Origin: Lama guanicoe | Taxonomy: Eukaryota | Assembly: GCA_013239625.1 (NCBI GenBank) | Contig: MU054338.1 | Location: 5,866,724 to 5,930,723, forward strand | DNA: 64,000 nucleotides | Direction: 5' to 3' | Shown: piece after piece, positions 25,452 through 38,500 of the stretch | How the letters are laid out: every line of letters begins with the position of its first letter | Position numbering within the stretch: position 1 is the first letter of the stretch | The notes under the pieces: generated by a model | Seen by the model: the letters and a program-made list of their open reading frames with translations, nothing else | Told to the model about the DNA's origin: nothing | Databases searched by the model: none | Program-made: the position numbers and the translations under genes

Positions 25452-28400
25452 CACCCAGAGAGACAGCGCAGCAGACCACGGACAGCACGAGGGCCCCGTG
25501 TCCCTGCGGAAGCCACAGGGTGAGCACTCGGTGGGAGGGTCTGCAGGGAGTGGGGGGTGCCTGGGGGTCCCCCACCCCATCCTTCTGCCTCCCCTCGCAC
25601 CCCCCCTCAGGCTGGGCTGTTCACTCTCTCGTCTTGGTTTTGTTCATGGCGAAGGTTTTTTGTTTCCTTTTTCGGCTAAAACGAAAGCAGAGATGTGCCC
25701 CCAGCCACCTTCACCACCCTCCATGGATGGCCTGGGAGGGCACTGGGGGTGCCCTCCCAGGCCCCCTTGCCCAGGCCTCCCCAACACCTTGGTGAGCCTG
25801 AGGGGGTGGGAACAGGTTTAAAAATCCCCAAAAAAGCTAAATGTGAGAGGGATGTGGGCATCCCTGGCCCAGAGCCCCTGGGCGGAGTGTGAGGAGCAGG
25901 GGGAGGGGCTGGAAACAGAAACAAAATGAAAAAAAAAGGGGGGGGGGGGGAGGGGAAGAAAAACTCTATTTTTGTAAAAAGGGAACTCGTGGAGAATTTT
26001 AACTGGGGTTCTTGAACTTGAAAAAAAAAACCACAAAAAAAAGACAAAAAAAAAAGAAAATATTTTGGCAGGTTATGTTTACCAACTGGGGCAGGCACGG
26101 GGAGCAGGGCTGAGAGGCTGGGGGGTCCACAGGGCTACACAGAGATACAGCCACGCAAAGACATGCCGAGGCACACACACAAACACATACACACCCCAGG
26201 GACACAGAGCAGCACAGACAGACCCAGAGACACGCCTCGGGAACTTGATGGCCCAACTCAGACATGTAGACAGACTTGTAGGTAAACAGAAGACCGAAGT
26301 GTGGGGCTACATAAATATGGCCACGGTGAACATGGACGTGGGCAAATGTGGCCACAGTCAGCGTGGACACAGGTGATTGTGGCCAGGGACAAACGTGGGC
26401 ACATGCATGCGGGGACATGGGGACAGCTCCACACGTGCACGTGGCCACGTGAAAGTGGAGGCAGATTCATCTGGACACACAAATCTAGACACCCAGTCGC
26501 GGAGAATCCGAGATGCAACACCCACACAGACCCACAGCGTCCCTCAGGCCCAGGGGCGAGGTCGCCGCCCAGACCCCAGCCCAGTCTGTGGCCCACTTCC
26601 TCCAGTGAGGCTGGTGAGCCCCTCCTTCTGGCACTCAGCCCCACTCGCTCCCTGCCCCAGGTTCTCTGCAGAGCTCTCTCCTGGCTCCTCAGTGGTCCCT
26701 GCCGCCCTGGAACACAGGCGTGCGCACACAGCGTCCATGCATCCAGACACACGATACCTCGTTCCCCTTTTGGCATCATGGTGGGCCGGAGGCAGCGCCC
26801 CCCAACACTTGAGGCCAAAGGACCCCCATCCCTGGGGCGGAGCCTCCCTGGGCCAAGGCCCTGGCCCACAAGGCCGAGGGGGAGGCCAGGCCCTGAGCCT
26901 CCACGCGCCGAGGCCTCCCCAGCAGCAAGCACCCGTCACTCCCTGCCAGGCCCGGGGTGGACGGGCCCAGGGGCCCAGCCCTGAGTTCCCTTCCCGACCA
27001 CTCGTCACCCTCTTTCAGTTTGTTGGGTTTTTCCGTCTTTCCAGATCAGCGAGGGCAGTGGACGCAGCCTCCATCCCGAGCCCCAGCCTTGGCTTCTGTC
27101 TGGACTTTCCATTCCCCTAGTTTTCATTCTTTGTTAAAAAAAAAAAAATCCAACAGAAGCCAAAGGCTGGAGCCCCGGGAGCCCTCGCAGCACCCCCACC
27201 CCCCGCCCCCCCACCCTGGGGCCAGTCAGAGCTGAGAATTGCAAACCCCAGTTTCAGCCTCAGTTGCCCTCCCTCTGGTGTCCCTGCGTTTGGTGTCCAG
27301 CCATGGCCCCATCTGACTGCCCAGCTCTCTCTCCCCCACCCCTCCCGGTGTTGTTATTAAACGTCTGTGGAGCTTCTGCTGCAAGGAACAAAAAGAAAAA
27401 AAAATCAAAAAAGCGACAAAAAACACAAACAGAAGAGAAAAAAAGCGACAAAAAAAAGGAAGAGAGAAAAAAAAAACCCACACACACAGAAGAGATTTAA
27501 AACAAAAAAAGGAAAAAAAACAGACATAAACTGGCACCAGTTAACTTTCTTGTACTTTTTTGCCGAATTGAGCTTCTTGTAGTTTTAACTTATTGCTATG
27601 TTAACTATTTATCCTCCTTGTTACCCTGTAAGGACATTTGTGTATATTTCTGTTCCTTCATCCAGTTTGCAAGTTTAANNNNNNNNNNNNNNNNNNNNNN
27701 NNNNNNNNNNNNNNNNNNNNNNNNNNNNNNNNNNNNNNNNNNNNNNNNNNNNNNNNNNNNNNNNNNNNNNNNNNNNNNNNNNNNNNNNNNNNNNNNNNNN
27801 NNNNNNNNNNGCCCGGGGGGGCATTGTGCTCTGTGGGGCGGTCCCCGCGGCCAGCGACGTCCGGGATCTTAATGGGATTATTTTTGCTCGTCTTGAGAAT
27901 TTTTTCAGTCCTATTTAGCTGGTGAAACCCTAGCTTGTTCTTGATACACGAACCTATTTATTCTTGTGGTTTTTAAGTCCTCCCTGACCTCCCCGCTCCC
28001 CTCCAGCAGGGCAGGCCCCCCAGCGGGCCCATCCCTCTCCCTCTGCTGTTTCCTTGGGGCTTTCTCCCCTCTGCCCTCCGCACGCGGGGACACGTGTCCG
28101 CACGTGGGCAGCGTGGCGGAGGCGTCTGTGAGCAATAAGGGCTGGGTTTGTCCCCCACCCTGGGGGCAGCCGGGCTCTGGAGAGGGGGCACCTCCCCACA
28201 CCCCCTCACAGACCTGGGCCCCCCGCAACCCCCCAGACTGAGAGGGGACTTCTTTTTCTAAAACACAGAACTCAGCCCAGCCAGCCAGGCCCCCTTCCTG
28301 GAGGCCAGCCCCTCACCCCGGGGTGGGGGGCCTGGGGTCTTCCACATCCCTTGGGGGGGACAGGGGCAGGGCCTATGGGGAAGGGGCTCAGCCCCTCCAG

Positions 28401-28670
28401 CCCTCCCTTCATCCTGTTATTTATTTGGATGGTTTCAAATCATGACAGAGTCCATGTTGGAGGTGATAAAGAACTGTAAAAGAAATGTAAAAAAAAAAAA
28501 AGACAAAAAAAAAAAAACAAAACCCAAAACCCAACAAGAACACTTTGCGTTGAGTTTAGACTATTTATTACCGGGATTCCAGGCCTGGCCGCGGTAACAG
28601 ACTTTTACATGGAATTGTTTAATTATTTGTACTTTTCATGCCAGAAAATAAAAGTTCAGAATCTTACGAC
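25378..28670 (+). other. ELAVL3 long 3' UTR (~3.3 kb) with A-rich and U-rich tracts; AATAAA at 28647-28652
   Basis: Continuous non-coding sequence after the stop; AATAAA followed by a GU-rich downstream element (GGGTGTGTGTGCG). Confidence 0.7.
25411..25449. repeat. (GA)n microsatellite in ELAVL3 3' UTR
   Basis: cagagacagagagagagagagagagagagagagagagag. Confidence 0.95.
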
Positions 28671-29067
28671 CTCGGGTGTGTGTGCGCACCTGCATGCGAG
28701 TGTTGGCGCCTGTGCTGTTGGCCCTGCTCTGTGGCCACTGTCCCTCTCTGGGCCTGGCTCTCATCTGGAGTCCCTCAGTCTCCCCACAGCACACATGTGA
28801 TTGTGGGGTGGGAGACAGGCCCAGGCAGAAACCCAGACAGAAGCGGCCCCAGGGCTGGCTGTCCCGTGGTGCCAAGCTCCACTGTCCACAGGGCATCCCA
28901 GGTGTGAATCAACTCAGGTGAGACCCCAGCTGTGGAGCCAGCCTGATCAAGGAGAAGGCTGAACGGGATCTACATGCAGCCACTTGCCCTGCGTCCAGCC
29001 CTGCCACCCCAGCCCATTCCACACCAGAGCAAAGCAAGACAGACATAGCAGGTTGTGGGGGGTCACG

Positions 29068-29073
29068 TTTATT
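29068..29073 (-). terminator. PRKCSH polyadenylation signal AATAAA
   Basis: TTTATT on + strand at the end of the non-coding last exon (~29050-29394). Confidence 0.75.
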
Positions 29074-29559
29074 GTTTGGAGGTCACAGATTAAGTCATTT
29101 ATCCCCACCAGGAGGGGAGGCAGATGCCCTGGGTGAGGGACAGGGTGGGGCCGTGGGGTGGGGGCCACCAGGGTGGGGGTCCAGGGAAAGCAGTCTCCTT
29201 TTTAACATCTGTGGAGGCAGCCAGGGCCTGGGAACATGGCTGTGCCCCACCTGGCCCCTGAGAGCAGGGCACGGAGCCCCACCCGGTTCCTGCCCCGCAG
29301 GGACCACTAGGAGATCCTGAAGGGCAAGCTTTGATCCACAGACTGAGGGGCAGGTGGGCAGCACCGCTGGGGGCCAGTTCCATGTCTTGAGGTTCTGGGG
29401 CCGGAGAGAAGCCAAGTGAGAAAGAGAGATGGAGGGCGACAGGTGAGGGGAGCAGGGATGCGGCCAAGGTGTTTTCCTTATGCCCCTCACACCCCCAAGC
29501 CGAGAAGCCGAGGCGGGAGCCCCACCTCCCCGATCCCCTGTGCGCCAGGCGGGGCAGGA

Positions 29560-32500
29560 CTAGAGCTCGTCATGGTCACCCTCAGCAGGCGGTTCGGGCG
29601 GCGGCTCCGGGCAGGCGGCTGGCGTCATCAGCTCCATGTGGTACTCGCAGCGGCTGGGCTCCGTGGTGCTGGTCACCACTGTCTCCTTCCCGCACAGCAG
29701 GCGCACCTGGTGGGGAGGGCAGGCGGGGCTCAGGCGGGCTCAGTGGGCCTGGGTACCCCCGCCACCCCCGCCAGCCAGGCACTCACAGTGGTGGAGCGGT
29801 TAGGGCCCTGCCAGCAGCCCGTGCCCTGCTCGTACTTCATGGCGCTGAACTTGTCGTGGTCGGGGCCAGCCCACGAGCCCCAGGTGCTGTGGGAGATGGG
29901 GTGCTGAGGGGGGCCGGCTAGGGGGACCAGGTGCCAGGGGCCGAAGGAGGGGGACCCAACCCAAGCCCACTCACCCGAGGCTGGTGGGGGAGCCGCCGAG
30001 CTTGGGTTTCTGCGAGACAAGCTTGAAGGGGCAGAGCCGGTACACATACCTGTCATGGGAGGGGACTGGTGGGTGGGGGGACATAAGCCCCAACCCCCAT
30101 GATGTCTCCACACACAGGGGCATACAGGTACCTCAAACTCCAGTGACTCCTCCTCAGGACCCCCCCTCGCTCCCCCACACCCTTGCTCAGGCCCAGGCCC
30201 TCCGACCCGCCCGCCCCGCCTGCCCACGGAGGACGCACTCATTGGTGGTGAGCTCGTAGCACTGGCTGTACAGGTAGGCAAACTCCCCGTTGGGGCCAAA
30301 ATCAAAGGAAATCTCCTGCTCCAGGTTCCTAAAATGGGAGGCTGGAGGTGAAGGGGCAGCCAGGATGCCCCAGCCAGACTGAGCACAACACAGGAAGGCC
30401 TGCTCCAGCAGCAGCAGGCCCCTGGGGGCCTAGGCTCTGCTCCCCACCGCCTGGGGACCCTTTCTGCAGGAGCCGCCGCCACCTTGCCAGAGGTTGCCTG
30501 GGTGACTCCCCATTACCACCTCCTCTGGGGAGCCCGGGAGCAGGCAGCTGGGCCCGGTGGAGATGTGGCCTTGCTGTAGCCGCACGCACACCCCCGCACC
30601 TGATGGACTCCTCCATGTCCTTCAAGGAACGCTCGGCCTCCTCAAACTTGTTGCGGGCCTCCTGGGCGGCTGGTGGGGTGGGGAAGGAGGTCAGAGGTGC
30701 CCCTGCCCCAATCCAGGAAGAGGAGGAAGAGGATGCCCCAAACAGGCCTGCTTCCTCCAGCCCCCAGGCCTGCTCTGGGCGAGGGCTGGGCCCAGGAAGA
30801 CCCTGGGGACCTCGCCAGCCCCAGGGCAGACCCCACCTCACTGCCCAGGCCCTCAGCTCCAGAGGGAGCAGGGCCAGGGCTCCTGGACCCATCTGGCTCC
30901 TCACCTGCCAGGAGTAGCACAAACAAGCCGCAGCCTGTGAGGAGGCAGGAGGTCCCCTGGGGCTGGAGGGGGTGGTGCTGGCTTCCCCAGGCCCCAGATG
31001 CCCCGTCGAGGCCACCAAGTCCCCTGGGCTTGCTTGGGGCCAGCCCAAGCCCGTCTCAAGAGAGCAGGTAAGGCCTGCTTCTTGGGCCCCTGAAGGTGTA
31101 GGCAATGGGGGCGTCCCCTCCCTCCCAGGTTCAGCCCTCACCATCGATGAAGGCCTGTGTCTGCTCGTCGTAGGGCGGCATTTTGTCCTCCTCTGTGGGG
31201 CTGGCTGCTTGGGGGGGCACGGGTGGGGGCAGGGCCTCCTGCAGGGGGTGTACAGAGTCAGCGAGTGACCCCGCCCCCACCCTATCACCCCCTTCTCCCC
31301 TCAACACACACCTTGGGCTGCTCCCCCTGCACCTGGGAATCCTCTTCCTCCTCTTCCTCCTCCTCCTCCTCCTCTGTCTCTTCTTCCTCCTCGTCCTCGT
31401 CCTCCTCCTCTGTGGGTGGTGAAGGCACCGGGGGCTGCTCTTCCTTAGGCTCCATCAAGTCAGGTACAGAAGGCGATGGCGGGTCAGTGGGCAGCACCTG
31501 GCAGATGTGCAAAGTGGTTGGTGTTGTGGACTCAGGGGTCTACCTGCCACCCCCAGGGCTTGGGTCCTGGCTCACACTACTGCCCGGGGGCAGCCTCAAG
31601 TCTCCACCCCTTTCGAGGAGCCAAGAGGGAGGGAGGGAGAGAAGGAGGAGGGACAGACGGCTGGGGGCAGGCAGGGCGGCCTCTGTGGAGAGTGGGGGGG
31701 TCGCCCAGCTGGTCAGCGTGGACCGATGCCAGAACTGGAGGCAGTTTCTTTGTGAGGCGTCAAGGGACGGGGTGAGGGGGCAGGACCTCCCAGCCCTCCC
31801 TGCCCCACTGACCTCGGACCGGTATTTGTCCCGGATGGCAGCCCATATACGGTCATAGAAGGAAGCAGCATCCGTCTGTGTGTCTCCCCCGAGGAGGGTC
31901 TGTGTGTGGATGTTGGGGTGGTGTGAGGATCAGGACGCCACATGCGCCGCCCCGCACCCCAGGCACTCTCGAGGGGGGCCTCAGGCTGTGGTGCCAGGCA
32001 CAGCACGGCCTGACCGCCCAAGGCCAGGCTGGGGCCAGGCGGGGTGAGGCGCAGCAGCCAGGAGGGGGCAGCACAGGCTTGTGGGAAAGAGGAGGGGGCC
32101 GGAGAGGAGAGGGTGGGGACTAGAGACCAGGGAGGGAAAGTGAGACAACCAGACGCTGCCAGCCCCTAGGTGGGAGACACAGAGGGCAGGGTGGGACAGG
32201 GAGAGGGACCAGCAGGACAGAGATGGATGGGAGACCGGGAAGCAGGAGTCCAGACCTGTGAGGACAAAGAGCAAAAGGCCTGCCTGTGAGGAGGGCAAAT
32301 CTGGTACGTGCACATGGCAGGGGGGAGGGGAGGGCGGCAGGTGTAGGCAGGTGTGTGGGGAACTTGGCTTTATCTTGACCAGGTGCCAGGGGTACTTGTG
32401 TAACCCCACCAGGTCCCAAAGGGCAGGAAGCAGCAGCCCCGGGTGGCTGCCCTCCTGCTCACCGAGGCAAGGCCCGGCACATCGGCCACACCAGGTGCCC

Positions 32501-35500
32501 CAGCAGCCCTGGCCTGGGGCCAGCAGGGAACTTTCCATGGGACCAGGACCCTCGGGACCTGAGGTCACCCTGGGGCAATCCCCTCTAGGAGTCCCAGGAA
32601 AAGGGGTAGGGTGGGTACCTGGGCTTCCCCTTCTGAAAGTGCCCCATCTCCATCTGTGTCCAGCTCCGGGTGGGTCTGCAGCTCGGCCACCGAGACCCTT
32701 TAGGAGCACAAACAGAAGCCAAAGGAGGGGTGAGGCCCACTGGCTCGCAGCCAGCTGCCTGCCTCCCCTGCCAGGGCCCCTCCTGAGAACTCGCTTCAGG
32801 ACCTTGGGGCAGGGAGGGGTGGGCAGCAGGAAGCTGGGAAAAGATGAGGTCTGGGGATGGGCCCCGCCTCTGGCCCGTGTCCAGGAGGAGCAGGTCCCAG
32901 GTACCCAGTCCCTGCCTCCTACCCGCTCCTGAGGGGCTCAAGGAAGGGACAGACTCAGGAGTGGGATTAGGAGACATCTGGACCCCCTGGGTCCCTCAAG
33001 ACCGCTCTCCTGAGCCACTCAGCTTCCACTTCCTTCCACCCTTAGAACCCAGAACAGCGAAACTGCCCTCGGCCTGGCTCCCTCCACCCAGCGAAGCCCA
33101 AATACCCACGACAGCCTGGGCACCACCTCCTGTCCCCCTGCCTGCCACCGTCACCAAACAGGGAACAGACCAACCTGTAAATTCTGCCCACTTTGGTCCC
33201 TCTGAAGCCCCTTGCTCCTCGATGCCCCACACCTCCCACTAAGGGGCCTGCCCAGCCCCCTCGTTCCCGACAGCCCACCCTGCACTGAGCCTGGGCTCAG
33301 CCGCAAGTTCAGGACACAGGTGGGTTCTGACTTTCACCAAAGCGACCCAGGCCCTGGAGTAGGCTTGCCAAAAGCCCAGCTCTCGCAGGGGTGGTTCCCC
33401 TCATCTCCTCCCCCCGGAGCTGCTCTAGACCCATTGTATCCAAGAGTAAGCAGCACCTTGTTCAGAGAGGGCTTGGGATCAGCTCAGGCCCCAGGGTGAG
33501 GAGGTGGGCTGTGGCTGATTTCTAAACGCAGGGAGTGGGAAGAGGGACCCCAGGGCAGGCCGCGCAGGCACTCACGCCCCATCCATGTCATCGTCCAGCT
33601 CCTGGAAGGCACTGGCAGCCAGCTCCTGCTCCCGCTGGGCCTTGGAGGCAGCTTGCTGTTCTGTGGAGGGGCCAGCTCCATCACCCTCCGCCCACCCCCA
33701 AATCTGCCCTCACTGTGTGCCCAGCCCTACACTGGGCCCTGGGGCCCAGTCAGGCCACTGTGTGGGGCAAACTGGGGCCAAGAGACAGGCGAGGGGGTTG
33801 GTAAGAAGTGCCAGATTTGGAGAGATCCTGAAGGGACAGCTGACAGGGTGTACACGACTTTGGGTTTGTATGACTGGTGACTGTGTAAGGGGAGGCGGGG
33901 GACCATGCATTAGGTTTGCCATGTCCAGGAGGCCCCCAGGTGAAGAGGTCAAGCATGAAGGAGGTCAGGGTGGGGGAGTGGCCTGAAGGGGGATAGCCTG
34001 GGGCCCAGGGGAGTGTCTCGGGAGAAGGGAAGGCCACCGCACAGAAGGAAACTGAGCCATGGCCAGTGGACGCAGGGCTGCAGCTGCGTGTCTGCTCCAG
34101 TGGTCCCTCCCTGGCCTTCCTGGTCCCCACCTGGCCCAGGTGGGGTTCAGGAAAGCAGTCATGGTGCAGCTCCACCACAAAGCTCGGCCCTCTACAACAG
34201 GACGAGTAGTCTGTATCCCAGGAGATCCCACAAGACTTCAGCAGGCCAGGCGACACCATCCTCCTCACAGGTGAGGGCCTGAGGCTCAGGTGTTTGAAGG
34301 GACCTGCCCTCGGTCAGCCAGCTGGTGAGGGGCAGAGCCAGGGCCCCAGCCAGGCTGTCCGCCTCCAGAGCCCACGCGCCTCCCTGCTCCTCCCTGGAGA
34401 TCTAGGTCAGATCCTGGTGTCCTACCCCTGAACCTGATTCAGCAACTCCACCCTGAGAACTCGAGCTACAAGCACGCCCGGCCCCGTAGAAAAGGATGCT
34501 TGCTGCAAAGCAAAATGATGGGAACAGAAACAAAGACAAGAGTGAATTCCTGTTCTAACACATGGCCCGGCAAGGAACACCAAGAACCTGTCATCATCCT
34601 GGCACCAAAGGTGAACGATAAGAAAGGAGAAAACATCGCAACTTCAGTCACAAAGGGCCAAGGGCCACCCCTACCACACAGCAGGCACCTAAAACGGCCA
34701 AGCCGAGCACCAATAACCTGATAGAAAAGACAGCGCCTGAATTAAACAAGTCCTGCCAAAGTCAGACGATGGGACAGACACAGCCGTTAAGAGGAAGCAG
34801 GGGCCCAACACAAGGCTACAATGTGGATGAACTTTGACAACACGATGCTCGGGGAAAGAAGCCAGTCACGAGGGTTACATACAGGCTGCCTAGCTCCATT
34901 GATGTGAAACGTCCAGGACAGACAGATCCGTAGAAACCCAAAGCGGATGCGTGGTTGCCAGGGGCTGCTGGGGGTGGGGGAATGGGGAGGGACGGCTTGA
35001 TGGGCACAGGGCTCCCTTGGGAATGTTCTGGAACTGGACAGCAGTGATGGCTGCACAACATCGTGGATGTACTTAATGACACCGAACTGTACACTTCAAA
35101 ATGGTTGAGGGGGAGGGTACAGCTCAAGTAGTAGAGTGCATGCTTAGCATGCATGAGGCCCTGGGTTCAATCCCCAGTACCTCCTCCAAGAATAAATAAA
35201 TACATAAACCCAATTACTTCCCCCACCAAAAAAAAAAAACAAATCCAGTAAGATGGTAAATTGTACATTATGTGAATTTTACCACAACAAGAAAAAAAGT
35301 GAAGGATTCAGAAAAAAAAAAAAAGGAAGTTAGGTACACGCTGGCGCAGCACAACACTCATTCACCAGGTAGACCAGTGCTGTCCGACAGAACCTTCCAC
35401 AGAGATGCACATGGTCTACACCTGCATTGTCCAAAATAACAGCCACCAGCTACAAGGGACCACTGAGCACTTGAGGTGTGGCTTTAGAGTCAACACTCAG

Positions 35501-38500
35501 AGTCACTACACTCTGCAGAACTCCATCTCTGTCTGGGATGGGCAGGAGAGGTCCGGAAGGTTTACCTCCTGAGGAGATGCTGCCCTGGAGGAGAAGACTC
35601 TCCCTGGCTGCTTTACCACTTTGGAGACCGTTACCAAATTCTTTTTCACAGAGAATATGGAAATCAGATGGAATATTTTAAATCAGACAGAAACTAGGAA
35701 AAAACAGAGCAGGGAACTCCCAGCCTTCTTTCAAGGCCCCAGTCACACCCCATGTCTCTAACACACACCCACACCCTCTCCCAAGATGATCGGCTTTGGA
35801 ACTCATACCACCCTTAAAAGTCCGAGTTGGGTGACCCTTGTGCATGACTTGGTCACCAGCTACTCACTCCAAAACCCAGGAGGGCAAAGAACAGGAGCAA
35901 GAAGACTCCAGTGAAGGAGGGGAATCTCAACCCTCGGCTTCACTTTCCCAGCAAACACCCCTCCTTCCACTTCCCTGGGGACGGCTGCTCACCCTACACT
36001 CAAGCCCTGGGGCCTGGCCAATCAGAACCTGCGCTGTACCTCCCGGCTCCAAGGATTCGTTCATGGGCAGCCGTATGACCCAGGATGAGCCAATGGCAGT
36101 TGTCACTCGGGGGGGAAGGAGGCTTGGGGGAGAAGGGGGTGACCTGGTGAATCTGGGGTCCAAGTACATTCAGGTACAGCTGGATTTCCAGGTCAGGGTC
36201 CCAGCTCAAAAGAGGCCCACTGAGCAGATGGAGTAGAGGCAAGGAGACCGCCCTCGTGGAGCAGTGGTTTCCATGAAGGTGGAGAAAAGCTCACAGGTTT
36301 CAGAAAGGGGCGGGGGAAATCCGGGCCTCAGAAACCAGGAGAACAAGGAAATTTAGGAAGTTAGTTTCCATCAGGACAAAGACAGAAAAGACTGCCCAGC
36401 TTCACAGCACTGGGGAGAAGGTGGAGGCTGGGCACAGCTTTCTGGGGGGCAGAGCCTAAGCGTGCTTCTAGGTAGAGGGAAGGTGCCGGCTGGAGACCAC
36501 CCCCTGGGAAAGAGGAGAAATAACAAGGCCCCAGGGTCTCCAAGGAGTGGAAAATGGTGGAAGCCAGGCTGGAGGCAGAAGGGAAGGAAGAAGGGAACCT
36601 GGGCGGGTGGCCCTGCCAACAAGCCACTGGAACTCTGGACTGGAAGCCTCTCCGCTCACCTGCGCCAGGCTGGGGGAGGGTGGGTCTGCCTTCAGGTTGT
36701 ACCCAAACTCCACCTACTTCTCTCCACTTCTATGGCCCACACCCTGGTCCCAGCCCCCTCCTCTCTTGCCTGGACCAGTGCAGTCAGCTCCTCCCCAGCT
36801 TCCTGGCTCCTGCTGCTCTGCTCAGAATCCTCAAGGGCTCTCCCCTCACTTGGGGTAAAAGCCTGAGGCCTCCCTGCCCAGCCTGCCCAGCCTGCCCCAC
36901 CAGCACCTGCCCTTGTCTCCCCGATGATGCTCTCACTCCCTCACGTGGCCTCCTTGCTGCTCCTTAAAAACTAGACATCATGCTGCCTCAGGGCTTTTGC
37001 ACCTGTTCCCTCTGCCTGCACTCCCTCCCTCCCCCTAAAGGCAAGGGCTTTCTCTATCTTGTTCTGTGCTGTACTGCCGACACCTGGGGTGTGCCTGGTA
37101 CAGAGCAAGCACTCAGCAAGTGCTTGTTGGACGAATGACTGAATTACTGATTATGAGAAATCGGGACAGAGAGAGGGAATGAAGGAAAAACGCAGCAGAT
37201 GCTAAGAAAGATGGAGGAAATCAACGGCACAGGCTCAGAGAGAAGGCTGCCAGTTCCTGGTCACCAGCCCTGTGAGCAGCTAGGGCCACATCTCCAAATC
37301 CTTCTCACAAGGCTTTGTCCTCTCACTAGTCTGGAATGGGTTTCTGCCCCATCTCTCCCTTCGCTCCTGCTTCCACCATGTGTGTCCTTACACCAAGCAG
37401 ACCAAGAACAAAGGCCAAGGCTTCAGATTTCCCATAATGGCAGCACAATCTGCCAAGAGCAAGAAACAAAACATGGACAAAACATGAAAAAAGTCACCTT
37501 AAAACCAACCAAGGCAGTAGGAGTTGCCGGGGCAAAGAGGAAGGCGGGAAGGTAAGAGTGTGCGGAAGCCGCTTTCACCCTCAGGGATTTGGCTTATCCT
37601 GGCAAACGTGGGTGCCCGTTTTGGTAACTTGTGAGGGAAGGGAAATGAAAATCTAAAGTCTAAGGTGACCACTCTCTCCCAATGACTGTAACCCCACGGA
37701 GCTCCCCACAGAGATATGCTGGCCCAGAACTCCCCCAGCCTGTGCTCAGACCTCGGCTCGCACTGCCTGAGAGGCTGGAGGAAGCTCCTGCACTGAATGT
37801 GGAGTCAGGGAATCCCTGAAAGGAATAGCGTTCCCATAGAAATGGCAGAAAGAAAAGCTCTCCCTACCCTCCAGAGAAGAAGCTCCTGTCCGGCTGCAAG
37901 TTACTCCTATAAATGACGTCTAAACACGATGACCAACATACAGTCAAAAATAACCAAACCCAAAGGGAACGAAGGCACCATTACCAATAACCAGTGAAAC
38001 AACAAACGAGAGGTAACGAGGAAGAGGTTCTCAAGCCCAGGCTCCTCCAGGCCAGAAGCCAAGGGCAAGTCACGGCCCCGCCAGGCACACCTTCCCACAG
38101 CTTCCGGTGCTTGTCTTTGGCCTCCTTCTCTGGCTTTTCGGCCTCCTCCTTCACTGCCCGCAGCATCTCCACCTGGTCCTCCAGGGACTTCTTGCCAGCC
38201 TGCAGCTCAATGAGCTTTTTCTGGGTGGGCAGAAGACACGGGGCCAGCTCTCTTTCTGTTCTGCCTGCTCCCCCACAGACCACCACCTCTCTGCCTCTAC
38301 TCCACAGTGTGGCCACAGGATCTGTCCAAAATGCACGCCCTTCTCTGGACCTCTGGGGTTCCTGGCAGCTCGCTGGAGAGAAACCCAAACACCCCAATGT
38401 AGCCCCTGAGGCCCTGCATGACCAGGCCCCTGCCCCCACCTCTCCAGCCCCATCCATCCCACCACAGTCTTAAACTCTGATACCAACCAGACCTACACCC

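Noticed and set aside
25475-25486. RE1-like ACCACGGACAGC in ELAVL3 3' UTR
   Set aside because: The left half lacks the TCAGC register (GCAGACC), so it is only a partial site; too weak to call.
26258-27120. 224-247 aa ORFs in ELAVL3 3' UTR
   Set aside because: GC-rich sequence is open in several frames on both strands; no coding signature.
27388-27525. A-rich tracts as a processed-pseudogene tail or poly(A) site
   Set aside because: Interrupted A runs with no TSD or upstream AATAAA; low-complexity UTR sequence and an oligo-dT internal-priming risk.
30329-31288. 319-aa minus-strand ORF
   Set aside because: Chance read-through of GC-rich PRKCSH introns around a real 70-nt exon.
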